A DNA stretch of 64,000 bases from an uncultured Planctomycetia bacterium (GTDB lineage: Bacteria > Omnitrophota > Gorgyraeia > Tantalellales > Tantalellaceae). Positions 49,841 through 58,807 of this stretch are shown here, piece after piece. The stretch spans positions 128,684-192,683 of the forward strand of contig CAYPCX010000001.1 in NCBI GenBank assembly GCA_964409365.1, given 5' to 3'. Both the position numbers and the translations under genes were made by a program. Each line of letters begins with the position of its first letter. Positions within the stretch are counted from its first letter, which is position 1. The notes beneath the pieces were generated by a model. It was not told where the DNA came from. It worked only from the letters and a program-made list of their open reading frames with translations, and searched no databases.

Positions 49841-50804
49841 CCTGTTACGGTCCCTGCAGAAGAACCGTTCGGGGAAACTCCTGTATTACCCTTCAAAGGT
49901 CTCTTTTGAGACGGGCAATATCTGCAACCTGCGCTGCCCGTTATGTCCCACGGCCGACGAAGATCAGAAAGACGTGAAAAGGGGTTTCATGTCCTTTGAG
50001 GGTTTCAGGAACGTTTTCGACAAGATCGCTCCCTTCGTGAAGACGATCGACCTTTTCAGCTGGGGAGAACCTTTTCTTAATAAGGACCTGGGCAAGATGA
50101 TAAAGTACGCTAAACAGCGGAAACCGGGGATCAGGATATTCATAGACAGCAACCTGAACGTTATCAGCGAAGAGCAGGTAGAAGCTGTGGTAAGATACGG
50201 GCTGGACGTTCTGAAGGTCTCATGCGACGGCGCGACACAGGGCGTGTATGAACAGTACAGGGTAGGCGGGGACCTGGACGCCGTTCTGGGTAACGTAAGG
50301 AGGATACTCTCCCGGAAGGCGGAGTTGAACAGCTTGAAGCCTCGTATCATCTGGAAATATCTCGTGTTCAGGCACAACCGGGCTGAAGTGGACGAGGCGA
50401 GGGACATGGCCGGGATGCTGGGCGTGGATTTCGAGGCAAGCGGCATGCGTGTCGACTGCGGAAAAGAGATATTCGAGAACGTGGAGGAATCTGTCGAAAG
50501 GGACAGGGTGTGGATCCCCGAGGATACCGAGTACGATAATTACAGGGACCTTACGGCGGGCAAGACTTTTTGCGAAAAACCCTGGCGTACCCTGACCGTG
50601 AATTGGGACGGGGAAGTGGTGCCATGCGGCGCCATATATGACTGTGCGCGGTACAGCTTCGGCAATCTACTGCGGCAGGGTTTTGACGAGGTGTGGAACG
50701 GAGAGAAGTTCGTCCTCGCCAGAGGAGTGATATCCGGCAAGAGCGAGGGGAAGAAGGACCATATATGTTCCATTTGCAAAGAGAACGGGTACCAGTTCTT
50801 TTGA
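49818..50804 (+). CDS. Radical SAM protein with SPASM/twitch domain
   Basis: CNLRCPLC, WGEPFL and C-terminal CEKPW..VVPC..GN..CSIC motifs. Confidence 0.9.
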   Translation: MYIRTLNSLLRSLQKNRSGKLLYYPSKVSFETGNICNLRCPLCPTADEDQKDVKRGFMSFEGFRNVFDKIAPFVKTIDLFSWGEPFLNKDLGKMIKYAKQRKPGIRIFIDSNLNVISEEQVEAVVRYGLDVLKVSCDGATQGVYEQYRVGGDLDAVLGNVRRILSRKAELNSLKPRIIWKYLVFRHNRAEVDEARDMAGMLGVDFEASGMRVDCGKEIFENVEESVERDRVWIPEDTEYDNYRDLTAGKTFCEKPWRTLTVNWDGEVVPCGAIYDCARYSFGNLLRQGFDEVWNGEKFVLARGVISGKSEGKKDHICSICKENGYQFF

Positions 50805-51030
50805 GAGTGTAAAGTAACAAGGAACAAGGATAAAGGATAAAGTGATCGGTAAGCAGTAACCAGAGTTATCTGGAAACCGGTTACGGGAAACGGGTTACTT
50901 TTGAGAGTATCGAGTATTGGGTAACAAGGACATAGTATACATCGGGTGTATATACATCGGGTGTATGAATAGGTTTGAGGAAGGGTTGACGAACGTTTCT
51001 TGATACTTGACGCTTAGTACTTGTTACTCC
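50798..51030. repeat. Composite intergenic repeat region (direct repeats plus inverted heptamer arrays)
   Basis: CTTTTGAGAGT at 50798 and 50898; TATACATCGGGTGTA x2 at 50936-50965; GTAACAAGG units opposed by CTTGATA CTTGACG CTTAGTA CTTGTTA. Confidence 0.75.
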
Positions 51031-51047
51031 CAAGAAAGGGGATTTTG

Positions 51048-52631
51048 ATGGAGGGCAAGAGAGTGCCTTTATCGGTAGTGATCATAACGAAGAACGAAGA
51101 GAACAGGCTCAGGGAGTGCCTGGAAAGCGCCAAGTGGGCCGATGAGATCGTGGTACTGGACGATAACAGCCGGGACCGGACGGTGGACATCGCTAAAGAG
51201 TACACGGACAAGGTATACCGGAAAGAGATGACCAACGAGGGGGCGCACAGGAATTACGCTTACTCGCTCGCGTCCAACGAGTGGGTACTCAGCCTCGACG
51301 CCGACGAGAGGATCACCCCCGAGCTGAAGGAAGAGATAGCCGGGGTCCTGGCCGGCGGCACCGACTGTAACGGGTTCACCGTGCCGCGTAAGAACTTCAT
51401 AGGGGACTTCTGGCTGAAACACGGGGGCTGGTACCCGAGCGCGCAGCTCAAATTTTTCAAGAAAGACAAATTCAAATACGAGGAAGTGGACGTTCATCCG
51501 AGGGCGTTCATGAAGGATCCGCGGGGTCAGCTTTCGAGCCCGTTACTGCATTACAGTTACCGGGACCTTGAGGATTTCGTGAACAAGCTCAATAACCAGA
51601 CCTCGAGGGAAAGCGCCAAATGGGGAGAGTCGGAAAAAGGGATGCCTTTTTCCAGGGCTTTCAGGCGGAGTATAGACCGTTATGCCAGGGCATATCACAG
51701 GAAAGAAGGCAAAAAGGACGGTACGATGGGTTTTATTCTGGCCACGCTGGGCGGTTTTTACCAGATACTCAGCTACGCCAAGTACTGGGAGGCGAAGCTC
51801 CCGCCTTATGACCCCAAAGCGGGGTCGGACCCGGCAAGCCCCGAGAAGGACACCGATCCGGACCGTTTGAAACTGTCCGCCGTGATAATCACGAAGAACG
51901 AGGAAGACAATATCGCGGATTGCCTTGAAAGCCTGAAGTGGGCTGATGAGGTGGTCGTCGTCGACGGGTTCAGTACCGACAGGACGGCGGATATTTGCAG
52001 GGAATACGGGGCCAAGGTAGTGCAGCACAAGTTCGAAGGTGACTTCGGCCTGGAAAGGAATATAGGGGTCGAGAACTCTTCCGGCGACTGGATATTGCAG
52101 CTGGACGCCGACGAAGTGGTAACGGAAGGGTTTAAGCGAAGGACCCTCAGGATGCTTAAAGAGAAGGACGACCATGCTTCTTACAAGTTCATGCGAAAGA
52201 ATTTTTTCATGGGGCATTTCATGAGGTACGGGGGGTGGTACCATCATTCGCACCACTTTTTCAGGAAGGGAAAAGCCCATTACGACGGCCGTGTACATCA
52301 CCAGCTCATCGTCGACGGCAAGACGGGTATCCTCAAGGAGGACGTGGAGCACTATCCTTTCAAGGGCTTTTCGCAGCTTATAACCAGGCAGAACCGTTAT
52401 ACCACGATCGAGGCCCGGGAACTTCTGGAGCTCAGGGGAAAGATCGACGAAAAGGAAGTGGCGTATAACATAATCGCAAAGCCCCGGAAGCTTTTCTGGA
52501 AATTCTACGTTAAAAAAATGGGTTTCAGGGAGGGGATGAGGGGATTCCTCTTTTCCGTGCTTTTCGCATGGGTCCACTTCATAAAATGGGCGAAATACTG
52601 GGAAATGAGCCGTGAGCGAGAGGTTGAGTGA
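51048..52631 (+). CDS. Tandem double-GT2 protein (two WaaE/KdtX-like beta-1,4-glucosyltransferase domains)
   Basis: LSxVIITKNEE...CLES.KWADE...LDADE...GGWY...KYWE occurs twice, joined by a Pro/Asp-rich linker. Confidence 0.9.
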   Translation: MEGKRVPLSVVIITKNEENRLRECLESAKWADEIVVLDDNSRDRTVDIAKEYTDKVYRKEMTNEGAHRNYAYSLASNEWVLSLDADERITPELKEEIAGVLAGGTDCNGFTVPRKNFIGDFWLKHGGWYPSAQLKFFKKDKFKYEEVDVHPRAFMKDPRGQLSSPLLHYSYRDLEDFVNKLNNQTSRESAKWGESEKGMPFSRAFRRSIDRYARAYHRKEGKKDGTMGFILATLGGFYQILSYAKYWEAKLPPYDPKAGSDPASPEKDTDPDRLKLSAVIITKNEEDNIADCLESLKWADEVVVVDGFSTDRTADICREYGAKVVQHKFEGDFGLERNIGVENSSGDWILQLDADEVVTEGFKRRTLRMLKEKDDHASYKFMRKNFFMGHFMRYGGWYHHSHHFFRKGKAHYDGRVHHQLIVDGKTGILKEDVEHYPFKGFSQLITRQNRYTTIEARELLELRGKIDEKEVAYNIIAKPRKLFWKFYVKKMGFREGMRGFLFSVLFAWVHFIKWAKYWEMSREREVE

Positions 52632-52774
52632 GTGTTAAGGTCAAGGTTGAATGAGTGTTAAGGTTAAGGTTGCAATGGAGTGCGTAGAGGGCTACTGGAG
52701 AAACAATTCTAGACCTAAGCCTGAACCTGGACCTAATGCGAAATACGATATACGAAATATTATATGCGATATGC
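52629..52774. repeat. 23-bp tandem duplication, inverted hexamer array and heptamer array
   Basis: TGAGTGTTAAGGTYAAGGTTGMA x2 (52629-52674); AGACCT AAGCCT GAACCT GGACCT (52711-52734); ATRCGAW-like x5 (52736-52770). Confidence 0.82.
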
Positions 52775-52780
52775 TTAATT

Positions 52781-53926
52781 ATGGATCATCAGTGTGATAT
52801 AGTTTTGCTGAGTTATGAAAGTCCCCAGCTTCTCAGGAAGTGCGTCCGGAGCGTCCTGGACCACACCCGCGTAAGTTCCCGCCTTATAGTGGTCGATAAC
52901 GCCAGTAAAGATCCCGGTGTGAAACAGTTCCTTGGCGGCATTCACGGCAACTCGACGGTAGAGATAGAAAAACTCTTCAGCGAAGAGAACGCCGGTTTCG
53001 CGGCCGGGATGAACAAAGGAATGCGTTTGGCGGATTCCCCGTTCGTGTGCCTTTTGAACAACGATTGCGTGGTGACCGAGGGGTGGCTTGAGGAGATGAT
53101 CGCGGTCTCGCGTTCAAGAGATGATATAGGCCTGGTCAATCCCCAGAGCAATACGTTCGGTTCCAGGCCTGACGCCGGAGCTTCTATCGATAGCCATGCC
53201 ATGTTGCTCAGCGACAGGAGAGGCCGGTTCGTCGAACTCGGCCATGCTATAGGGTTCGCGTGTCTGATAAAGAAAGAGGTCATAGACAGGATAGGTTATC
53301 TGGATGAGGAATATGAAGGCGTTTGCTACGAGGATACCGATTTTTCCGTCAGGGCGCAGAAAGCCGGTTATATTTCCGTCATGGCCGAGGGAGCCTATGT
53401 CTTCCACGTGGAACAGGCCTCCAGGAGGAACATGAAGGACAAGGGTTCGGTTTACAAGAAGAACAGGGAGATATTCGAACGTAAATGGGGGCGCCTGTTG
53501 AGGATCTTCTACCTGGATAACCGCCAGCAGGGAGAGGTAGAGACCATAAAGAGTTACGAAGCCCTGAAAGGTATTGCCCGGGAAAGGGCCATAGTGGATT
53601 TCTGGGTCAGACAGAAGAGGGGCGGGAAAAAGGACTTTTTCGGCGAAGAGAAAAGGGCCACCATAAAACACGCCGATATAGGAGTAACTGTTTTCAGCGG
53701 CAATTTTATAGCCCTGGCGGTCCTCTTGCGTGTCCTGACCAAGAAAAAAAAGTACGACGCGGTCATAACGGATAAAGGCGTCGTTTCGCTGGTATTGCGG
53801 ATACTGAAGTTCCTTCACGGGACGGAGGTCTTCACCCGGGAAGGCAGCTGGGCGCGGAAGGGGGACATGGTGTTCGACCTGAACCAGCCTTCGGGTTTCG
53901 CGGAATATCTTAGGAAAAGGAAATGA
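52781..53926 (+). CDS. Glycosyltransferase family 2 with C-terminal extension
   Basis: VVDNAS, NAGFAAGMN, LLNND and YEDTDF motifs; start placed at ATG 52781 after the repeat array. Confidence 0.88.
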   Translation: MDHQCDIVLLSYESPQLLRKCVRSVLDHTRVSSRLIVVDNASKDPGVKQFLGGIHGNSTVEIEKLFSEENAGFAAGMNKGMRLADSPFVCLLNNDCVVTEGWLEEMIAVSRSRDDIGLVNPQSNTFGSRPDAGASIDSHAMLLSDRRGRFVELGHAIGFACLIKKEVIDRIGYLDEEYEGVCYEDTDFSVRAQKAGYISVMAEGAYVFHVEQASRRNMKDKGSVYKKNREIFERKWGRLLRIFYLDNRQQGEVETIKSYEALKGIARERAIVDFWVRQKRGGKKDFFGEEKRATIKHADIGVTVFSGNFIALAVLLRVLTKKKKYDAVITDKGVVSLVLRILKFLHGTEVFTREGSWARKGDMVFDLNQPSGFAEYLRKRK

Positions 53927-53939
53927 TATTATATTGAGG

Positions 53940-53994
53940 TTCTGGGGACACGTCTGTGTGGACGGCATGTAGGCGAGCAGACATGTCCCCAGAA
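53940..53994. repeat. 17-bp inverted repeat (GGGGACA...TGTCCCC), REP-like
   Basis: TTCTGGGGACACGTCTG / CAGACATGTCCCCAGAA, one mismatch, 21-nt loop. Confidence 0.85.
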
Positions 53995-54003
53995 TATATT
54001 TTT

Positions 54004-54435
54004 ATGAACATGAAATTCGGTATGCTTACAAAAAAACAATTGTTGAAATTTACGTTAATCGTATGGATAATTCTGTGGATGTTCTTCCTGGTCCGCGAGG
54101 ACAAGGACGGACAATACAAACGCCTGGCGTATTTTTACACCCACGGGTACGGGGATAACAGCCGTTACATAATGGGGCCGGACCTTTATGATTTCCTGGT
54201 ATTTTCCAGGAGGAACATCCCCGACGGGTCTACCTACCAGCTCATAGGGTTCGAAAGGTTCTCGATAGCCGAAGTAAGGGCGAGATATTTTCTGTGGCCG
54301 CTCAGGAGCGTTTCGGAAGACGCGGAATTCAAGATCTTCTATGGCGGAAAAGACGCGGAAGTCCCCGGATATGTGCTTTACCGGGATTATGACGGAAAGG
54401 GCGTGATACTGGTGAAAGAAGGCGGCGTGCGATGA
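54004..54435 (+). CDS. Hypothetical protein with N-terminal membrane anchor
   Basis: Single TM segment; stop overlaps the next ATG; start codon uncertain (54004-54022). Confidence 0.65.
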   Translation: MNMKFGMLTKKQLLKFTLIVWIILWMFFLVREDKDGQYKRLAYFYTHGYGDNSRYIMGPDLYDFLVFSRRNIPDGSTYQLIGFERFSIAEVRARYFLWPLRSVSEDAEFKIFYGGKDAEVPGYVLYRDYDGKGVILVKEGGVR

Positions 54436-55817
54436 GTTTTTTCTTTTCGGTCCTTTCGCTCGAGGTCATAGGGTTTTTCTTCATGCTGATGATCGTGAAA
54501 AGAAGAAGATATCCCTGTCCGATCGCGGAACTCGCCTCCCTGTCCTATTTTCTCGGAATGGGTTTTGGTGTGTATTTTCTGATGCTGTACCACTTTGCCG
54601 GGTTGGCGTTCACGTTCGCCCATGTCGTGTCGATACCCGTGGTGATGGCGATATTGACAGCCGCATATTACTTTTCGAGACCCGAAAGGGGAAGAGAGCT
54701 TGCCCCTGAGGCGCGATGGAAGAGATGGAACCTTGCCGAATGGCTGTTGGCGCTGGGCGTGCTGGCACAACTGGTGTGGATCGTTTTTCTGGTCATACCG
54801 GTGCCGGTCTCTTCACATGACGCTGTGGCGAATTACGCTTTAAAAGCGAAGATCTTTTATTTCGCGGGAGGCATTCCCGCCGGTTATCCTGCCTGGAACG
54901 AAGCCACGGTGGCGCACCCGGGGTATCCGCCGCTCTTGCCTTTGCTGATGACGTGGGTCTATTGCTTCACGACCTTTGACGACCTGGTCGTGAAGATGCT
55001 GATGCCTGTCATCTACCTGGCTTTTATCGTGCTCTTTTATTCGCAGATGAAAAGATTCTTCACGAGAGCTTACGCCATGCTCGCGGTCTTCCTGCTGGCT
55101 ACCATACCGCAGCTCGCGGATTACGCGACGCGGATGTACGCGGACCTTATCCTTGCCGCTTTTATTACATGCGCTGTCGGTTATTTCATGCTGTACGTGC
55201 GGGAGATGAAGAGCGTGTACATGGTCCTGGCCGCTCTTTTAATGGCCTTTTCGCTGTGGGTGAAGAACGAAGCTATTGTTTTTACCGGTGTCTTCGCTAT
55301 TTGTTCGATAGTTTTGTGCAAAAAAACCCGGCCTTCACTTAAACAGCGCGCGTTCCGTGATACGGTAATGGCCCTGCTGGTTATGGCCGCGATAGCCGCT
55401 CCGTGGTTCTTCGCGAAGCTGTCCGGCGGGCACGTGAACAGTGATATCGATCTTGCCAGGCTGACGCCTGAGAGGCTCTGGCAGAACGTGAAGGATATAC
55501 CCGTTATGCTCAACCTTTTCCAGCAGCAGGTGTTCGGCCCGAAAAAGTGGAACATGCTCTGGGTGATGGTCTTCGCAGGGTTAATATGGAAGAGAAAGTC
55601 CCTCTGGAAGGGAGAGTGTTTCTACCTTACACTTTTTCTTGTTCTGTCTATCGCGGGCTATTTTGCAGGGTACATGGTGACCACCGGGGAGAACCTGTTT
55701 TTTTACGTGAACACTACGCTGTCGCGTTTCATGCTGCATTTTTGCGGGATATCTCTTTTTCTGCTGGCGTTTCTGGTGTATGATGACGTGAAGCAATTGC
55801 CGAGTTTTGGGGAGTAG
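54432..55817 (+). CDS. Polytopic membrane protein, probable GT-C glycosyltransferase
   Basis: About 13 TMs, HDAV..Y.LKAK loop, HPGYPPL, YAD and WVKNEA motifs. Confidence 0.68.
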   Translation: MSFFFSVLSLEVIGFFFMLMIVKRRRYPCPIAELASLSYFLGMGFGVYFLMLYHFAGLAFTFAHVVSIPVVMAILTAAYYFSRPERGRELAPEARWKRWNLAEWLLALGVLAQLVWIVFLVIPVPVSSHDAVANYALKAKIFYFAGGIPAGYPAWNEATVAHPGYPPLLPLLMTWVYCFTTFDDLVVKMLMPVIYLAFIVLFYSQMKRFFTRAYAMLAVFLLATIPQLADYATRMYADLILAAFITCAVGYFMLYVREMKSVYMVLAALLMAFSLWVKNEAIVFTGVFAICSIVLCKKTRPSLKQRAFRDTVMALLVMAAIAAPWFFAKLSGGHVNSDIDLARLTPERLWQNVKDIPVMLNLFQQQVFGPKKWNMLWVMVFAGLIWKRKSLWKGECFYLTLFLVLSIAGYFAGYMVTTGENLFFYVNTTLSRFMLHFCGISLFLLAFLVYDDVKQLPSFGE

Positions 55818-55881
55818 CAACCAGTGACAGTGACCAGTAACCGGTTTCCAGTAACCAGAAAAATCTGGCAACTGGTTACTG
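55818..55881. repeat. Inverted pair of heptamer arrays (CCAGTAA-like / TTACTG)
   Basis: CCAGTGA CAGTGA CCAGTAA CCGGTTT CCAGTAA CCAGA aaaa TCTGG CAACTGG TTACTG. Confidence 0.8.
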
Positions 55882-55908
55882 TTTGTTAACAACTAATAGG
55901 GCGAGCAT

Positions 55909-56478
55909 ATGAACGATAAATACGTGTTCCTCGACAGGGACGGAGTGATAAATAAAGATCCCGGCGGCTGGACGGATCACGGATACGTGACGAAGCGTGA
56001 GGATCTTTATTTTCTTCCCGGTTCGCTCGAGGCGATAAGGAAGCTGACGGAGGAAGGATATAAAAGCGTGATCATATCGAACCAGCAGGGTGTGGGTAAA
56101 GGGTACTTTACACAGGAGGACCTTGATGAGGTGACGGACGAGATGATAAGCGGGATACGCAAAAGCGGCGGGGACATAGCCGCGGTGTATTATTGTCCTC
56201 ATCTAAGGACCGAAGAATGCGGCTGCCATAAACCCGATCCCGGACTTTTTGACAAAGCCAGAGAAGAATTGGGGCTCGGGGATATCCGGGGAAGATTTTA
56301 TGTAGGTGACACCGAACGCGACATACAGGCCGGCAGAAAAGCCGGTCTTAAGACGATACTTGTCCTTTCAGGCAAGTCCTCGCGGGAAGAGACGGGGACC
56401 TGGGAGCATAGACCTGACTATATATGCGAGAGCCTTCTGGAAGCCGTAGGCCTGATAATCGGGGAGGACAATGGGTAA
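55909..56478 (+). CDS. gmhB: D-glycero-D-manno-heptose-1,7-bisphosphate phosphatase
   Basis: FLDRDGVIN, SNQ.G, CPH....CGCHKP and VGD...D HAD motifs. Confidence 0.9.
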   Translation: MNDKYVFLDRDGVINKDPGGWTDHGYVTKREDLYFLPGSLEAIRKLTEEGYKSVIISNQQGVGKGYFTQEDLDEVTDEMISGIRKSGGDIAAVYYCPHLRTEECGCHKPDPGLFDKAREELGLGDIRGRFYVGDTERDIQAGRKAGLKTILVLSGKSSREETGTWEHRPDYICESLLEAVGLIIGEDNG

Positions 56479-57607
56479 AAAGAAGGTCATCATACTCTAT
56501 TCGACCGGCGGCATGGGACATAAAAAGGCGGCCATAGCCATATATGACGCCCTTTTGAACCGGGGCAGGGCGGTGGACGCGGAGATAATAGACGTCCTCG
56601 ATTATGCGACTCCGTTCTACCGTTTCGCGTACATGAAAGGGTATGTTTTCCTGATGTCGAGCGGCAGGTGGCTGTGGGGCGCGCTCTACTATTTTACGAA
56701 CAACAGGCTGGTCGACGCCCTTACCCGCAGGATGCGGGAGTTCCTGGATAACAGGAATTTCCCCGGGCTATCCGGGATGATTATAGATAGAGCCCCTGAC
56801 GCGGTCATCGCCACGCATTTCGTCCTGCCCAGCATTGCCGGGGTCTTCAAAAGGGACAAGAGCTTCCGGTCCCGCCTGTACACCGTCATAACCGATTACG
56901 GTCCTCACGCGTACTGGCTGTCACCGGATATGAACAGGTTTTTCGTGGGGTCCGATTCAGTGGCGCAGGAACTTTCGAAAGTAGGGATACCCGGGGATAA
57001 GATCGCGGTCACGGGCATACCCACTGTCGAGGAGTTCGGCCGCCGGTTCGACCTGGAAAAGCTACGCGGGAATTACGGCCTGGAAAAAGGAAAAAAGACC
57101 ATCTTTTTGATGAGCGGCGGTTTCGGCGTGGGTCCGATCGGCCGGATGCTGCTATCATTGAATAAGTGCCGCGCGGGAACGATACAGGTCATAACCGTGT
57201 GCGGGCATAACGAAGCCGTCTATGAAAAAATAGTGCTTTTAAAGAAAGATCTCAATTATCCGCTCGTACTTTTCGGTTTTACCGACAAGGTCGCGGAACT
57301 CATGGCCGTTTCAGACCTTATGATAACGAAGGCCGGCGGGATAAGCGTTACAGAAGCGCTTGACTCGCGCCTTCCGATGATACTTTTCGCTTCCGTACCC
57401 GGGCAGGAAACGTGGAACGAACGCCTCTTGACAGCGTGCGGCGCCGCCGTGAAAGCGAAAAAGGTCAGTGACCTCCCCGTGATAGCGGACCGCATACTGT
57501 TCTCCGGCAATGTCACCGAGAACATGAAGGCCAGTATCGACAAGGTCCGCAGGCCTGACGCGGCGGAAAGGATAGTGGATATCGTACTGGAGGAAGTGGG
57601 AGAATAA
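56471..57607 (+). CDS. GT28 diacylglycerol glycosyltransferase (UgtP/MGDG synthase-like)
   Basis: GGMGHKKAA, VITDY, TGIP, ITKAGG and PGQE motifs. Confidence 0.88.
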   Translation: MGKKKVIILYSTGGMGHKKAAIAIYDALLNRGRAVDAEIIDVLDYATPFYRFAYMKGYVFLMSSGRWLWGALYYFTNNRLVDALTRRMREFLDNRNFPGLSGMIIDRAPDAVIATHFVLPSIAGVFKRDKSFRSRLYTVITDYGPHAYWLSPDMNRFFVGSDSVAQELSKVGIPGDKIAVTGIPTVEEFGRRFDLEKLRGNYGLEKGKKTIFLMSGGFGVGPIGRMLLSLNKCRAGTIQVITVCGHNEAVYEKIVLLKKDLNYPLVLFGFTDKVAELMAVSDLMITKAGGISVTEALDSRLPMILFASVPGQETWNERLLTACGAAVKAKKVSDLPVIADRILFSGNVTENMKASIDKVRRPDAAERIVDIVLEEVGE

Positions 57608-57608
57608 C

Positions 57609-58304
57609 ATGAAAGACGGAACGAACGATCTTCTGGAAAGCATCAAAAGCCTGATAGAGTCAGAGAGAATGGCCGGGATAGACGAGATATTCGTCGCCGG
57701 TAACCCCGGGGGGAGGAAGACCACGCTGGAAGCGGTGAGGAAGAGGACGGTGAACTGCCAAAGGTGCCCTCTGTCCGAAACGCGCACCAACGTGGTGTTC
57801 GGTGAAGGCGATCCGAACGCGGACCTTATGTTCATCGGGGAAGCGCCGGGGTTCGAAGAAGACAAACAGGCCCGTCCCTTTGTGGGCAGGGCGGGACAGC
57901 TTTTGACGAAGATAATCGAATCGATCGGGTTGAAAAGAAAAGACGTTTTTATAGCCAACATCCTTAAATGCCGGCCTCCGAACAACAGGAACCCGCTGCC
58001 GAGCGAGATAGCCAGCTGTTCGCCGTATCTTCTGAAGCAGATAGAGATGATAAAGCCGAAGGTGATCTGCGCGCTCGGTAAGTTCGCCGCCCAGACCCTC
58101 CTGAACACAGATACGCCCATAAGCAGGCTGCGAGGGAAATGGGCCGAATACCAAGGCATAAAACTGATGCCGACTTACCATCCGGCGTATCTATTGCGGA
58201 ATCCCGGCGGAAAAAAAGACGTATGGATAGATATGAAGGCCGTGGCGCGCGAACTCGGTCTGGAGATACCCCCGGCGAAAAGGCCGGGCGGAAAAAAGAG
58301 GTGA
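57609..58304 (+). CDS. Uracil-DNA glycosylase family 4
   Basis: CQRC.L, GEAPG, KCRPP.NR.P and HPAYLLRN motifs. Confidence 0.93.
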   Translation: MKDGTNDLLESIKSLIESERMAGIDEIFVAGNPGGRKTTLEAVRKRTVNCQRCPLSETRTNVVFGEGDPNADLMFIGEAPGFEEDKQARPFVGRAGQLLTKIIESIGLKRKDVFIANILKCRPPNNRNPLPSEIASCSPYLLKQIEMIKPKVICALGKFAAQTLLNTDTPISRLRGKWAEYQGIKLMPTYHPAYLLRNPGGKKDVWIDMKAVARELGLEIPPAKRPGGKKR

Positions 58305-58308
58305 GAAC

Positions 58309-58644
58309 ATGGACAAAAGGAAATTCGTAAGGGAATTCACCACTTCCCCGATAAAATTCATCGACGCGGAAGGAGCTGTGGTCTTCAAAGGGACCGTGAA
58401 CGACATATCCGCCGCCGGCATCCTGGCCGTTTCTTATGATCTTGAAGATTTTGAGGGCCTCAACGTGAACGACGAGATAGGGTTCATCATGAGCATACCC
58501 ACGGGGGACGTTGCCGGCGTGGCCGAGGTAGTGTGGATGGACGGAGAGAAATCGCGCATGGGGCTGAAGTTCATCAAGATCGTGGATAAAGCGAGCGTGG
58601 CCAATCTCATGTCCTTTGTCGCCGCAGGATTTTTCCACGCTTGA
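58309..58644 (+). CDS. PilZ-domain protein
   Basis: KRKFVR (RxxxR) and DISAAG (DxSxxG) c-di-GMP motifs; VVW...GLKF. Confidence 0.82.
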   Translation: MDKRKFVREFTTSPIKFIDAEGAVVFKGTVNDISAAGILAVSYDLEDFEGLNVNDEIGFIMSIPTGDVAGVAEVVWMDGEKSRMGLKFIKIVDKASVANLMSFVAAGFFHA

Positions 58645-58780
58645 AATGTTTTGTCCGTACAATGCAAAAGGAAAAAGTGTCCCGGCGCAGTTTTTTTTGC
58701 TGTTGGAACTGTGCAAAGCAAAAACTGTTCGAGCACGGGATACTTTTTTCTTTCGCATAGTCCCGCGCAAAACATATCAA
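58641..58780 (-). repeat. Dispersed ~140-bp hairpin element, copy 3 (inverted orientation)
   Basis: Reverse complement reads AAAGTATCCCGTGCTCGAACAGTTTTTGC-loop-ACAGCAAAAAAAACTGCGCCGGGACACTTT; outer arms TTGAAATGTTTTG/CAAAACATATCAA. Confidence 0.92.
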
Positions 58781-58807
58781 AGATAAAAAAGTCACGCGCT
58801 AGTAGAA

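Noticed and set aside
50986-51030. TTGACG/TTGATA as -35 boxes of an internal promoter
   Set aside because: No convincing -10 at 16-18 bp spacing; the hexamers are largely explained by the heptamer array
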